Source of the DNA: an uncultured delta proteobacterium
GTDB lineage: Bacteria; Desulfobacterota; Desulfomonilia; UBA1062
Assembly (NCBI GenBank): GCA_963752595.1
Contig: CAVVYZ010000023.1
Coordinates: 1 to 64,000 of the forward strand
Direction of reading: 5' to 3'
Length of the DNA stretch: 64,000 nt
Shown here: piece by piece, positions 35,973-47,588 of the stretch
How positions within the stretch are numbered: position 1 is the first letter of the stretch
Layout: the number at the start of each line of letters is the position of its first letter
The notes under the pieces: generated by a model
Seen by the model: the letters and a program-made list of their open reading frames with translations, nothing else
What the model was told of the DNA's origin: nothing
Databases searched by the model: none
Made by a program: the position numbers and the translations under genes

Positions 35973-36950
35973 CCGGTGGTCTTCATGCGAAGCCAGCAGT
36001 GGATCGCGCCGATGGCAATGCCAGGCACATCGCGAAGAAACAGGCCCGACGCCGCGAACATCAGGGCATTGGCCTTGCGGATATGACGCGGACTGCAGAG
36101 GCGAAGGTCGCGTCGCCGATCGTGGGCATCTCATCGGGCTGGCCTTCGTAGTACGTGGCCTGCCCAGCTGCACGCCCAGGGCGCCGGCCATGGCCGCTTC
36201 GGCCAGCCCCGAGTTGGGACTGGCATGTTTCCGGCCGTCCCTCCTGCTGATCCGCAATGCCCCCCGGCGCAGCCTGATCAAGGAGTACGGCGGCTACAGC
36301 AAGCGGGGCCGCTAAGCCGGGCCGGGAGGTAGTTGGCCGCGTCGTCGATCCTGGCCGAGGCCCAGCCGAATCGGCGATACCGATCGTTCTGGTATCCGAA
36401 GATCGAGTCCAGCGTGTTGACGGCCTTGTACGACAAGGGCGCCCACCGGGCCGGCCAGGAAGGCGAAGAACAGGGGGGCGATGACGCCGTCGACGGTGTT
36501 TTCCGCCACGCTTTCCACGGCAGCGCGGGTGATGCCTTCTTCATCGAGCTGCTCCGTGTCCCTGCCCACCATCCGGGATACGACACTTCCCGTCGCCTTC
36601 GGGCAGATCGCCCGCAACCAGGGCCCGGAACACGGCCATGCTGTGCCGGGCCAGGTCGCGCGCGGCGAAGGTCGTGTAGAGCAAAAGGATGCCGACGGCA
36701 TCACGCAGGAAGGGGTGGATGAACGCCGGCCAGGCAGAGAATGCCTGCAGGCCGCCAGGCCTGCAGTGGTAAGGATGACCACGGCAGCGGTGAAGATGCC
36801 GGCTGTACCGTCGGCCGGAATCTCTGTCTCGCAGGTGCTTCCAGCCTGATGGCCAGGCCGCCGATGAGCGACGGGGTGGGGCAGGCAGCGGGGGTCTCCC
36901 AGGACGAGATCGAGCGCCAGGGCGATGAGGATTTGATACTTCAGCTCCAT
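35969..36950 (-). CDS. cbiB: Adenosylcobinamide-phosphate synthase (frameshifted)
   Basis: [36 protein letters not shown]. Confidence 0.92.
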
Positions 36951-36953
36951 CGG

Positions 36954-38470
36954 CTATAATCCCATGATCCGGTAAATTTCTTCTATATCCATATGGTCCC
37001 GCACCACCTCCGCCAGGCGGTCCAAGGCGGGCTCCAAGTCGAAGGGCGCAACGATTTTGCCCACGGGCGGCAGGCCCCGGCGGGCCCTGAGCCGGTCGAT
37101 GAACCAGCGGCGGAATTCGTCGGCATCGAAGATGCCGTGCAGATAGGTGCCCCAGACGGGCCGGTTCCGGCGATGTGACGCCGATGACCTCGCCGTCCTC
37201 GCCGGACGACGAGCGGCAGACAGGCCGCGCCGGCTCGTCTGGCCGTGATGGATCTCGTAGCCGTTCACCCGGAGCCCGGAACCGGCATGCACGGCCGATA
37301 ACGAGCCGCAGGGTCTTGTCCGGCGGAGCATCCCGTGGTCACGGCAGCAGGCCGAGGGCCTGCATGGTCCTGCCGGACGATCTCGATGCCCTGCGGGTCA
37401 GCGATCTCGTGTCCCAGCATCTGAAACCCGCCGCAGATCCCGACGATCTCCGTTGTCCTCCGCCTGCGCCAGTTCGATGATCCGTCCGGCCAAGCCGCTT
37501 CGCTGCAGATACTCCAGATCGGCCGATGACGTTCTTGCTGCCCGGGATGATCACCGCGTGCGGGTCCTGAAGTCTCCGTCGCTGCGCACGATCCGCAGGC
37601 GCACATCCGGTTCGATCCGCAGGGCGTCAAAATCGGTGAAATTGGAAATGTGGGGCAGATCGATCACGGCGATCTCCACGCCTTCTTCCGATCGGCGCGA
37701 CTCGTCCGATTGGCGCGCTCTTTGAAGCTGACCGAATCCTCTTCCGGCAGGCCGAGGTCTTTCAGATAAGGGACGGTCCCCAGGACCGGCCGGCCGGTAT
37801 GGCGCTGCGTGTACTCGATGGCCGGTCCCAGCAAGCTTTCCTCGCCCCGGAAACGGTTGACGATAAACCCGGCCACCAGCCCGCGTTCCCATTCGGCCAG
37901 GACTTCCATGGTGCCGACAAAGGAGGCAAAGACGCCGCCCCGGTCGATGTCGCCCACCAGCAGGACCGGCGCGCCGGCGTATTCGGCCATGCGCATGTTG
38001 ACGATATCGTGGTGTTTCAGGTTGACTTCGGCCGGGCTGCCGGCCCCTTCCAGGACGATGACGTCGAATTCGCGCGGCCAGGGAATCGTAGGCCTCCTTG
38101 GCGGCCTCGAAGGCCTGCGGCTTGTAGCGGATATATTCGTTCACGTCCATATTGCCCACCGGCTTGCCCAGGACGATCACCTGGCGCCGGTGTCGCTGTT
38201 GGGTTTGAGCAGGACGGGATTCATCCGCACGTCCGGCTCCAGCCGGCAGGCCTGGGCCTGGACCACCTGGGCCCGGCCCATCTCGCCGCCGTCGCGGGTG
38301 ACGAACGAATTGAGCGACATGTTCTGGGACTTGAAGGGGGCCACCCGGTACCCGTCCTGCAGCAGGATGCGGCAGAAGGCCGCCGTCAGGACGCTCTTGC
38401 CGGCATTGGAGCTGGTGCCCTGGAACATGAGGGCCGGACGCTTCCGGACGGTCGTGCTTTCCAGGCGCAT
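36954..38470 (-). CDS. cbiP: Cobyric acid synthase (frameshifted)
   Basis: [57 protein letters not shown]. Confidence 0.95.
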
Positions 38471-39530
38471 GGTTCAGGATCCTGCCCAGGGCTTCGCACA
38501 GCCGTGCATTTTCAATTTCGCGTCCGTACGGCCACGCGGAAGAACCGGTTGTCGAGCCCGGCGAAATTGTCGCAGACCCTGACGGCCATGCCTTCGCTCA
38601 GGAGCCGGCAAGCGATCTTTCCGGCATCCGTCCCGCTGCGCTCCACCTTGACCAGCAGAAAATTGGCTGCGCCCGGATATACGTTCAGGCCGGGGATCGA
38701 TCCCAGGGCGCGCTGCAAGGCGGTCCCTTGCTTTCCGGATAAATTCCCTGGTGCGGCCTGCATATGGCTCGTCATTGAGCGCTGCTTCCCCGACAGCCTG
38801 GGCGAACGTGTTCACGGACCAGGGGGGCATGAGCTGCTTCAGTCTGGATACAAGGTCGGGGGCGCCTGCGGCGAAACCGAGCCGCATGCCCGGTATGGCA
38901 TAGAACTTGGTGAGCGAGCACAGCACGAGGACATTATCCGGACGGTTCCTGACCAGGCGGTCCATGCCGTCCACGAAATCCGCAAAGGCCTCGTCCACGA
39001 TGAACATCGTTTCCGGATGATCAGCGGCCAGTCTCCTGAGTTCGGCCGGAATCGAGCGCACAGGCCCGTTGGGATTATTGGGATTACCCATGAAGACCAG
39101 CTCATTTCCCTGCAGTCTCTTTTCCAGATGGGCAGGTCGAGGGCGAATCCTTGGTCCTCCTTCAGGGTGATCATGTCGATGTCCAGTCCCGCCATCCGGG
39201 ACACGGCCAGGTAGTCCGCATAGGAAGGGACCGGGATCACGCCCGCCGGGCGGGAAAGGCCCGGGGAATGAGGTGGAGGATCTCGGTGGAGCCGTTCCCC
39301 ACTAGCACCTGTTCCGGGGGGATGCCATGGGCGGATGATATGGCCTTCACCAGGGAGAGACTGTCCGGGTCGGGGTAATGAACGATGGAGCTGATCCTGG
39401 AGCTGATGAGCGGCCTAAGCCATCCGGGGGGGCCGAGGGGATTGATGCTGGCGGAAAAGTCGATGATCCGGGATTCGGACACTCCTGCCCTGGCCGCCAG
39501 ATCCCGGATATTTCCGCCGTGCCCGGTCAT
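38471..39530 (-). CDS. cobD: Threonine-phosphate decarboxylase, probably fused to cobyric acid synthase
   Basis: [44 protein letters not shown]. Confidence 0.9.
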
Positions 39531-40282
39531 GGGAGACCTCCCCGGAAGATCCAGATGGCGGCCACCAGGGGAGGGACGAACTCGGCAGTCTCGCATGCGG
39601 CGCCCAGGGTATCGCCGGTCATGCCCCCGATCTTCCGGTATGTATAGCCGGTCAGCAGAGTGCAGCTGCGCATGCTGCAAGCCCCATGGTCAGCCCGGCC
39701 CAGTGTGCAGCCAGAAAGCCGATGAAAAGCATGAGGAACAGGGCCCATAGTGGTTGGAAAGGTGAGCGTTTCTGTATAAATACCGAGCACAGTCCTCCTT
39801 CCGCACGGGCATACGGAAGAAGGGACAGCATGATGAGCAGGGAACAACGGCCTGCCAGCGGCATGAGCAGGATGACGCTGCTCCGCATTGCGCCGGTTAC
39901 GGATGCCAGCAGGGCGGTTTTCAGGACCAGGTCGCACACGATGGCTGCTGCACCCATCGGCCCGGTGCGGCTGTCTTTCATGATCTCCAGCATGCGCTCG
40001 CGGGGACGTGAGCTGAAAAAGCCGTCGGCGGTATCGGCCAGCCCGTCGAGATGAAGGCCGCCGCTCATGATCAGCAGCGCTATGATGACCAGTGCGCTTC
40101 CCGCCAGGGGAGGCAGGATGTGCTGCAATCCGTAATCGAACAGAGCGGCTGCTGCACCGAGAAGCAGGCCCACCAGCGGGAAAATGCGCGGGACTCCTTT
40201 CCAGATCCCGTTCATCCAGCCTGAGGAATCCGGGCACGGGAAGAACGGTCAGGAACTGGAGGGCCGCCAGAAAGGATCTCAT
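39527..40282 (-). CDS. cobS: Cobalamin synthase (frameshifted)
   Basis: [32 protein letters not shown]. Confidence 0.94.
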   Translation of the reverse strand: MRSFLAALQFLTVLPVPGFLRLDERDLERSPAHFPAGGPASRCSSRSVRLRIAAHPASPGGKRTGHHSAADHERRPSSRRAGRYRRRLFQLTSPRAHAGDHERQPHRADGCSSHRVRPGPENRPAGIRNRRNAEQRHPAHAAGRPLFPAHHAVPSSVCPCGRRTVLGIYTETLTFPTTMGPVPHAFHRLSGCTLGRADHGACSMRSCTLLTGYTYRKIGGMTGDTLGAACETAEFVPPLVAAIWIFRGGLP

Positions 40283-41351
40283 ACCGGGCTGACCTTTGAC
40301 ACGGAGGCTTCCTCAAAGGTGGCGACTTCCGTCAGGATACGCACCGCTGCCTCCACCAGATTCATGGCCAGAGCGGCCCCGGTTCCTTCGCCGAGCCGGA
40401 GGTCCAGGTCGAGAAGGGGCTTTTTCCCGAGATGATCGAGGGCGATGCGGTGTCCCTTTTCCACGCTCGATGGGCTGCGATCATGTAGTCGCCGGAAGCG
40501 GGGCATAGTGCCCCGGCAATCAGGGCGCCGGCGGTGGAAATGAAGCCGTCGATGACCACGGGTTTCTTCTGTGCGGCAGCACCCAGGATCAGTCCGGCAA
40601 TGCCGCCGATTTCAAAACCACCCACCTTTGCAAGCACGTCCAGGGGATCGTGTTCATCGGGCCTGTTTACGTCCAGCGCACGTTCGATGACTGCAATCTT
40701 GTTCCGGTACTGTTCATCATCGATCCCGGTTCCCCGTCCGGTCACTTCAGCAGCCGGAGTGCCGGTCATAACAGCGACAATGGCGCTGCTAGGGCGTGGT
40801 GTTGCCGATACCCATCTCCCCCGTTCCGAAGACATCGGTTCCGGGTCCGAGCTCCAGGGCAGTCCTGATCCCGGCCTCGATGGATTCCACGGGCCTGTTC
40901 CGGAGTCATGGCCGGGCCCTGGGCCATGTTCCTCGTGCCCGGCCGCGATCCGCCGGGAGATGAAGCTATCCGATCCCGAAAGGTCCGAAAGATCGCCGGC
41001 CACCCCCATGTCCACGACCACGACACGGCCGCGCCTGCCTGCCGTGCCAGGGCATTGATGCCGGCACCGCCCCGGATGAAGTTATGGACCATCTGAAGGG
41101 TGACCTCCTGGGGATAGCTTGCTGACCCCTTCGGCGGTGACGCCATGATCGCCCGCCATGATGACGATGACCTTCCGGTCCACCGGCGGCCGGAGTGAAC
41201 GGGTCATCCCGGCCAGATCCTCGGCAAGGTCCATGAGACGGCCCAGGGCCCAGTGGGGCATGGTCAGCTGTTCGAGCCGCGCCCTGGCTTTTGCCCGTGC
41301 TTCAGCATCCTGAGCACGTATGTTTTTCAGCGTTTCATCCAGCAGGTTCAA
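40279..41351 (-). CDS. cobT: Nicotinate-nucleotide:dimethylbenzimidazole phosphoribosyltransferase (frameshifted)
   Basis: [34 protein letters not shown]. Confidence 0.94.
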
Positions 41352-41906
41352 GATATCTCCTTTTCCTCTTTTTTCTTGATGAGCATGGGTATGCCGCAGA
41401 AGGTGACGTACACCGCGTCGGCCTCCGAGGCGACCACCTGCCCGGCGCGGCCCGACAGGTCCCGGAAGAGCCGTGCCGAGGCATTGTCCGGGACAATACC
41501 CATGCCCACTTCATTGATGACTATGATAACCGTTGCCGGCGATTTCCTGCACTCGGAAAGAAGATCGAGGCAGAGTGAGGAAACTGTCTTCTTCCGTGAT
41601 TGTCGGCCTTCCTGCTCCGCCTGGTACATGAGGTTGCTGATCCACAGCGTCAGGCAGTCTATGAGGACCACCGGATGCCGGTGCCTCCCGCAGGACCTTG
41701 CAAGATCCACGGACTCCTCGATGGTATCCCACGCATGGTTGCTCCGTGCCTTCCGGTGCTTTTCCACCCGCACGCGCATCTCTTCATCCATGACCGGGCA
41801 GGTGGCCACATATGCCCTGGGACCAGGCAGGGATTCGGCCAGCTGCTGTGCATAACGCGCTCTTTCCGCTGCGGCTTCCGCCGGTCACCAGGATGACTCT
41901 GCCCAT
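41348..41906 (-). CDS. cobU: Adenosylcobinamide kinase/guanylyltransferase (frameshifted)
   Basis: VTGGSRSGK, YVAT, LIDCLTLW, NEVGMGIVP. Confidence 0.93.
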
Positions 41907-41907
41907 C

Positions 41908-42528
41908 TCAGCACCCCCGCACGTGGCAGGTATCGTTCAGACCGGCGAGCACCCCGTTGTTCCCGAACAGCCTGACGGTGGTGACGGAGGCGTTGTCGAT
42001 CTCGAACAGGATATAATGCGCCGGTTCCAGGCCCAGGAAAAAACAGATAAGGGCCCGTATCACCCCGCCGTGCGCGAACACGATCACGGTCTCGCTCTCA
42101 TGGGAGGCTATCCGCTTTCCCACCCGCTCGATGCGTTGAAGAAAATCCGTGATCCCTTCACCTCCGGGAAAAGTAAAGTGAGCGGTCAAGGCCTGCCCAC
42201 CCGTGTATCTTGTCCGTATAGCGCGAATGGATTTCATCGAAGGTCAGTCCCTCGAATGTCCCGAAATCGATCTCCCGCAGATCAGGATCGACCTGTGATC
42301 TGCAAACTGAGGGGTCCGGCAGCGATCTTCACTGTTTCCGTGACCCGCAGCATGGGGCTTGCCATGCACACAGCCCCGTCCAGGTTCCGGAACACGGACG
42401 TCAACGCTGCAGCCTGGCGCAGGCCTTTTTCACCGAGGGGGATATCGGTGTGAGCCTATGAAACGGCCCCGGTAACCATCTCCGGTGCATGCATGCCGTA
42501 TCAGCAACAGATTTCTCGCCATCGTCAT
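41908..42528 (-). CDS. cobC: Alpha-ribazole phosphatase / histidine phosphatase (frameshifted)
   Basis: LIRH, SPMLR, FPGGE, FAHGGVIR; first gene of the cob operon. Confidence 0.85.
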
Positions 42529-42536
42529 TCCTCCAA

Positions 42537-42572
42537 ATAAAAAATCCCCGGACATCAAGATGTCCAGGGATT
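42537..42572 (-). terminator. Riboswitch expression-platform terminator
   Basis: aatccccggacatc / gatgtccagggatt stem with a U tract on the minus strand. Confidence 0.75.
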
Positions 42573-42637
42573 CCGTTTTTAATCCTCGGTTTTGACCTTT
42601 GACCCCATACCCACGAGGGCCCCAAGCACATGCATCA

Positions 42638-42782
42638 CGGGCAGGTCTTCTGGCTTCCGGATCATCCTACTCGCCGCGCCTTCCCATCCTTGCAGGACAG
42701 TGGCTTACAGCGGCTTTCGTCCCCGGTTACAGCGGCGGGTCCGCGACGGATTCACACCGTCTTCCCTTTGCTATCCCGTAAA
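42638..42782 (-). ncRNA. Cobalamin riboswitch heading the cob/cbi operon
   Basis: Minus strand AAAGGGAAGACGGUGUGAAUCCGUCGCGGACCCGCCGCUGUAA...GCCACUG...GGGAAGG...AGCCAGAAGACCUGCC. Confidence 0.94.
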
Positions 42783-42839
42783 TAATCCTTAAACAAATCG
42801 GCTTTCCAAAGTCAAGGAGATCATTCGAATATAGCTTTA

Positions 42840-42869
42840 TTGACAAATGCCATTATCATCCATGATAAT
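42840..42869 (+). promoter_or_regulatory. Sigma70-like promoter of the aroC operon
   Basis: TTGACA-18 nt-GATAAT. Confidence 0.5.
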
Positions 42870-42901
42870 CATAAGCCATTGATATAGTTTTTGGAGGTTC
42901 C

Positions 42902-44036
42902 ATGCTCATTTTTTACACAGCAGGCGAGTCCCACGGCAGGGGTATCTTTGCATTCCTGGACGGACTTCCCGCAGGTCTTGCCGTTGACAGGACCCTGATC
43001 GACCATGATCTTTCCCGCCGGCAGAAGGGATACGGCAGGGGAGGACGGATGGCCATCGAAAAAGACACGGTGGATATACTCTCCGGGGTCAGGGGAGGGA
43101 TCACCCTGGGAAGTCCCGTGATCATGGCGGTGTGGAACAGGGACTTCGACAACTGGAAGGAGCAGATGGACCCCTGGAAGATCATTCCCGGCAGGGAGCT
43201 CTACACGCCCCGGCCCGGTCATGCCGACCTGGCAGGCGCCGCCCGGTTCAGACATCAGGACCTGCGGAACGTCCTGGAACGATCGAGCGCGCGGGAAACT
43301 GCCGGAAGGGTGGCAGCGGGCGGGTTTCTCAGATCGCTGCTCAGTGCCCTGGGAATCGAGGTGCATTCATGGGTGACCGGTATAGGGCCCGTGGAGTACG
43401 CAGGGCCTTTTGATCGGAGATAGCGGGACCGGTCGAGCGTCTTCGTTCCGGACGATGACGCCACAAGAGAGATGGAGAAGGTCATTGATAACGCGGCACA
43501 GAACGGGGATACCATCGGCGGGGAGTTCACGATCCATCTCGAAGGACTGCCGGCAGGCATCGGCTCCTATACCCAGTGGGACCAGCGTCTCGATGCTTTG
43601 TTCTCCTCGGCGCTCATGTCCATACCCGGTATCAAGGCCGTGCAGATAGGGATGGGGGTGGAATGTGCAAAGGTCCCCGGTTCGGCTATCCATGATCCCA
43701 TCCTCCCCACCAGACCCAAGGAAAGGTCATCGAACAATGCCGGCGGGACTGGAAGGCGGGGTGTCCAACGGACAGTCCGTGGTGCTCAGGTGTACCATGA
43801 AACCTATTCCCACCCTGAAAAAGGGTCTGCCCACGATAGACCTGCGGGATAATTCTTCCGTGCAGGCCGATTACGAGCGCTCGGATGTCTGTGCAGTCCC
43901 TGCCGCCTCGGTGGTGGGTGAAGCCATGGCGGTCATAACGTTGTCCTCCGCCATATTGGGCAGCTTCGGGCAGCCGAATATCGGGTCCCTGGTAAAGGCC
44001 TTTGAAGAGCACAGGAGTTACTGGGAGGGATTATGA
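42902..44036 (+). CDS. aroC: Chorismate synthase (frameshifted)
   Basis: TAGESHG, RRQKGYGRGGRM, PRPGHAD, ERSSARETA, MKPIPTL, ERSDVC. Confidence 0.96.
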
Positions 44037-45574
44037 TCTACCTGACCGGATTCATGGGTTCCGGAAAGACCTCGGTGGGCGAGGCCCTGGCTTCGCTCAT
44101 GAAAAGGCCTTTCATCGACCTGGACAGGTACATCTCGGCAAAGACCGGAAAATCCATTGCCGAGATATTTGCCTGTGCCGGAGAGCCTTCATTCAGGTCA
44201 CTGGAAAATGAGTCGCTCCTGGAGATCTCCGAAGGGGCATGGGGAACCGTTATTTCCACCGGGGGAGGTCTTCCGGTCAACCGCAGGAACAGGGAGGTGA
44301 TGAAAGCCAGCGGATATGTCGTGTATCTGAGGGCTTCCTTTGGCACCCTTATAACCCGGATACCGGAAGATCCCGGAAGGCCCCTGTGGAACGAGCGGGC
44401 ATCACAGCTCCTGGAGGAGAGAAAGCCTGCCTATGAAGAGGCGGATTTCATCATCGACACCGAGGGCTTGTCCGTCCAGCAAGTGGCACGGAAGATCATC
44501 AGCCGGATGCAGAAGATGGTGAACCCCGTGCCGGTCCTTGTCCCTTCGCAGCCGTATCCGGTCTATATCGGGCAGGGTATTTTCAAGGACCTTATGAAAT
44601 ATCTCCGCAGGAATGCAGCACCCGAGGGCGCCTTTATCCTTGTCGACGAGAATGTGGAAAAGTACCATGGAAACATTGTGAAAAAGACATTCCGCGGAAT
44701 TACGCATACTAGCATAGTTGTTCCATCCGGAGAGTCGTCCAAATCGTTCCCGTTCCTGCAGCAGGTTCTGGATGAGATGTTTGCCGCAAAGATGAACAGG
44801 CAATGGATCTGTGTGGCCATGGGCGGCGGGGTCACCGGAGATCTGGCAGCCTTTGCTTCCAGTATTTTCATGCGGGGCATTCCCGTGGTGCAGGTTCCCA
44901 CCACCCTGCTGTCCCAGGTCGATTCCAGCATCGGCGGAAAGACCGGGATCAACGTCGGTCATGGGAAAAACCTGGTGGGCACCTTTCATCAGCCCCTGTT
45001 CGTCCTGAGCGACGTCGAATTCCTCGGAACCCTCGACCGGGGACAGCTGGAAAGCGCCTTTGCCGAGGTCATCAAGTACGGCATCATCATGGACAGGGAG
45101 CTTTTCGAATACCTGGAAAAGACGAAAACCCCGGATCTCGTGCAGATCGTTTCCAAATGTTCTGCGGACAAGGCCTCGATCGTTGCCGGTGATGAGCGGG
45201 AAAAAGGTTTGAGAAGGATATTGAATTTCGGCCATACCCTGGGCCATGCACTGGAGCGGGCTAGTGATTATACCATGAGTCACGGCCGGGCGGTGGGGGC
45301 AGGGATGATTTTTGCCGCATGGCTTTCCATGGATGAGGGCCTTCTGCCGGCAAAAGACATGAAGAGGATACAGACTCTTGTGAACCGGTATGTTTTTAAA
45401 CGGAGCAAGCCGGTTTTTCCCAAGCCCGGGAAGATCAAGGGTGGCATCGAGATGGACAAGAAGGGCACGGGTGAAGGCATCCACTTTGTGTTGACACCGG
45501 GTATCGGTGATGCTACCGTTAAAAAACTATCTAGTTCTCAAATATTAGAAGCCTATGAACGATTCATCAGCTAA
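44033..45574 (+). CDS. aroKB: Fused shikimate kinase / 3-dehydroquinate synthase
   Basis: GFMGSGKT then GGGVTGD, PTTLLSQVDSSIGGKTG, LNFGHTLGHALE in one ORF. Confidence 0.95.
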   Translation: MIYLTGFMGSGKTSVGEALASLMKRPFIDLDRYISAKTGKSIAEIFACAGEPSFRSLENESLLEISEGAWGTVISTGGGLPVNRRNREVMKASGYVVYLRASFGTLITRIPEDPGRPLWNERASQLLEERKPAYEEADFIIDTEGLSVQQVARKIISRMQKMVNPVPVLVPSQPYPVYIGQGIFKDLMKYLRRNAAPEGAFILVDENVEKYHGNIVKKTFRGITHTSIVVPSGESSKSFPFLQQVLDEMFAAKMNRQWICVAMGGGVTGDLAAFASSIFMRGIPVVQVPTTLLSQVDSSIGGKTGINVGHGKNLVGTFHQPLFVLSDVEFLGTLDRGQLESAFAEVIKYGIIMDRELFEYLEKTKTPDLVQIVSKCSADKASIVAGDEREKGLRRILNFGHTLGHALERASDYTMSHGRAVGAGMIFAAWLSMDEGLLPAKDMKRIQTLVNRYVFKRSKPVFPKPGKIKGGIEMDKKGTGEGIHFVLTPGIGDATVKKLSSSQILEAYERFIS

Positions 45575-46091
45575 GATAAGAAAAGCCTTTGATGAAGGCA
45601 GATTCCTCGACGTCGTGCAGGGAAGGAATCTGTGCAAATCCCATGAACAGAAACTCATGCTCGGTATTTCCCTGTTCAAGCTCGGCCGCACCCAGGAATC
45701 GTTCACTATTCTGGAGCGAGTGGCAGAGAAGACGGAACAGCTGACAAAGGTCTTCTATTATCTCGCGCTTATCCATAAAAGCAAAGGACTTGAGGAAACG
45801 GCACGGGATTGTCTTCAGAAATATCTGGCATTCAATCAGGATGACGATGATGCCCTCGATCTGATGGAACCCCGGGAGGACCAATCCGAAGCGCTGCTGA
45901 AAGAGCCTTCCGTGCAGCTTGCCAAGGTATATGCCCAGCAGGGACATTATGAGCAGGCCCTGGATATCTACGCTCAGGTGGATAAAATGACGGGCCTTGA
46001 CCCTGACGCGCTCAAGGAAGCGCATCAGGTGGAAAATCTCTATATCATGAAGACCCTTCAGGGGTGGCTGGAAAAGGTGGCGAAGAGATGA
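45555..46091 (+). CDS. Tetratricopeptide repeat protein
   Basis: FYYLALIH, LAKVYAQQGHYEQALDIY. Confidence 0.8.
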   Translation: MNDSSAKIRKAFDEGRFLDVVQGRNLCKSHEQKLMLGISLFKLGRTQESFTILERVAEKTEQLTKVFYYLALIHKSKGLEETARDCLQKYLAFNQDDDDALDLMEPREDQSEALLKEPSVQLAKVYAQQGHYEQALDIYAQVDKMTGLDPDALKEAHQVENLYIMKTLQGWLEKVAKR

Positions 46092-46534
46092 AGATCATGG
46101 TTTTGAGCGGACCTAATCTGAATATGCTGGGGCAGAGGGAAAAATCCATTTACGGGACAGTGACCCTGGAACGGATCCAGGAACTCGTTAAGGAAAGGGC
46201 GGCACAGCTCGGGATGGACGCGGCTTTTTTCCAGTCAAACCATGAAGGTGCATTGATAGATGCCGTCCATGCCGCACCGGGAAGCGGCGTTTCCGCATTC
46301 ATCATCAATCCGGGCGGGTTGACCCATACCTCGGTTTCTCTCCGGGATGCGCTCCTCAGTGTTGCGCTGCCCTTCATCGAAGTGCACCTGAGCAATGTCG
46401 CTTCACGGGAAGACTTCCGGCAGATTAATTATTTCTCGGACATCGCGTCAGGGACCATTTCCGGCCTCGGTTCATTCGGATACCTGCTTGCCCTTGAGGC
46501 ATTGAAGGAAATGTATGGAAAAAAGGCTCAATAG
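46088..46534 (+). CDS. aroQ: Type II 3-dehydroquinate dehydratase
   Basis: GPNLNMLG-RE, QSNHEG, THTS, EVHLSN. Confidence 0.96.
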   Translation: MKIMVLSGPNLNMLGQREKSIYGTVTLERIQELVKERAAQLGMDAAFFQSNHEGALIDAVHAAPGSGVSAFIINPGGLTHTSVSLRDALLSVALPFIEVHLSNVASREDFRQINYFSDIASGTISGLGSFGYLLALEALKEMYGKKAQ

Positions 46535-47582
46535 GGCCCGGCAATATCTCAAAGGGCTGGAGGCGATCATCATCACTTCACGTCCCAGCGTGACGTATCT
46601 GAGCGGCTATACCGGGTCTGATGCCGTTTTCCTGTACACGGAAAGCAAATCGTTCCTTTTTGTCGATTCCCGCAACACCCTCCAGGCCCAACAGGAATCC
46701 GGCGCTGAGGTGCGCGAGATCGTAAAGAGATGGGAGGGGATATATCCCGTCCTTCAGGAAGAGGGCGTCAAGCTTCTGGGGATTGAGTCGAACGTCATCG
46801 ATTTCGACAGCTTCATGCAGATGCGGGACACCTTCAAAGGCGTCGAAATAACGCCGATAGGCAAGCAGCTCAGATATCTGAGGATGATCAAAGATGAATC
46901 CGAGGTGAACCTCCTGAGCCGGGCGGCAAGGATCTCCGAGCAGGCCCTGGAAACGGTCCTGCAGAAAGGCCTCATCGGACGCACGGAAAGAGAAGTGGCC
47001 CTGGACCTCGAATGGGAAATGAGGATCAGGGGGGCGAGCGCCTCTTCTTTCGAACTTATCGTTGCTGCCGGCCCAAGGTCTGCCATGCCGCACGGAACTG
47101 CTTCGGATCGGGTGATAGCGCCCCGGGAGGCGGTGGTCATCGATTTTGGCTGTATGTATAATGGGTATTGTTCGGACCAGACAATAACCGTTATCACCGG
47201 CACGATGGAGCCCGCATTCCAGGAGGCCTACAGCCATGTCCTGGAAGCGCAGCAAAAAGCCATCAAGGCGCTCAGTCCCGGGATAAATACATCTGCTATA
47301 GACCAGATCGCCCGTGACCATCTGAAGGCCGCCGGCCTGGGTCCGTATTTCGGACACGGGCTTGGGCATGGCGTGGGCATGGAGGTGCATGAAGCGCCGA
47401 CGGTATCGTATCTTTCGGACGATGTCCTCGAAGAGGGGATGGTCATAACCATCGAGCCCGGGGTGTATATTCCGGGTAAATTCGGCATCAGGCTTGAGGA
47501 TATGCTCCTTATTACAGATAATTCTTGCAAGCATCTTACAAATCTTGATAAGGGAATCATCAGATTAATCAGCCAGAAGTGA
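46515..47582 (+). CDS. Xaa-Pro aminopeptidase (M24 family)
   Basis: PHG, IDFG, YCSD-T, HGLGHGVG, HEAP, TIEPG, GIRLED. Confidence 0.94.
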   Translation: MEKRLNRARQYLKGLEAIIITSRPSVTYLSGYTGSDAVFLYTESKSFLFVDSRNTLQAQQESGAEVREIVKRWEGIYPVLQEEGVKLLGIESNVIDFDSFMQMRDTFKGVEITPIGKQLRYLRMIKDESEVNLLSRAARISEQALETVLQKGLIGRTEREVALDLEWEMRIRGASASSFELIVAAGPRSAMPHGTASDRVIAPREAVVIDFGCMYNGYCSDQTITVITGTMEPAFQEAYSHVLEAQQKAIKALSPGINTSAIDQIARDHLKAAGLGPYFGHGLGHGVGMEVHEAPTVSYLSDDVLEEGMVITIEPGVYIPGKFGIRLEDMLLITDNSCKHLTNLDKGIIRLISQK

Positions 47583-47588
47583 GGGTTT

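Noticed and set aside
37799-39214. Long plus-strand ORF (471 aa) and similar antisense ORFs at 44402 and 46578
   Set aside because: Shadow ORFs opposite well-supported genes in GC-rich DNA, with no recognisable motifs
44033-45574. AroK-AroB fusion as a novelty
   Set aside because: A known fusion found in several lineages
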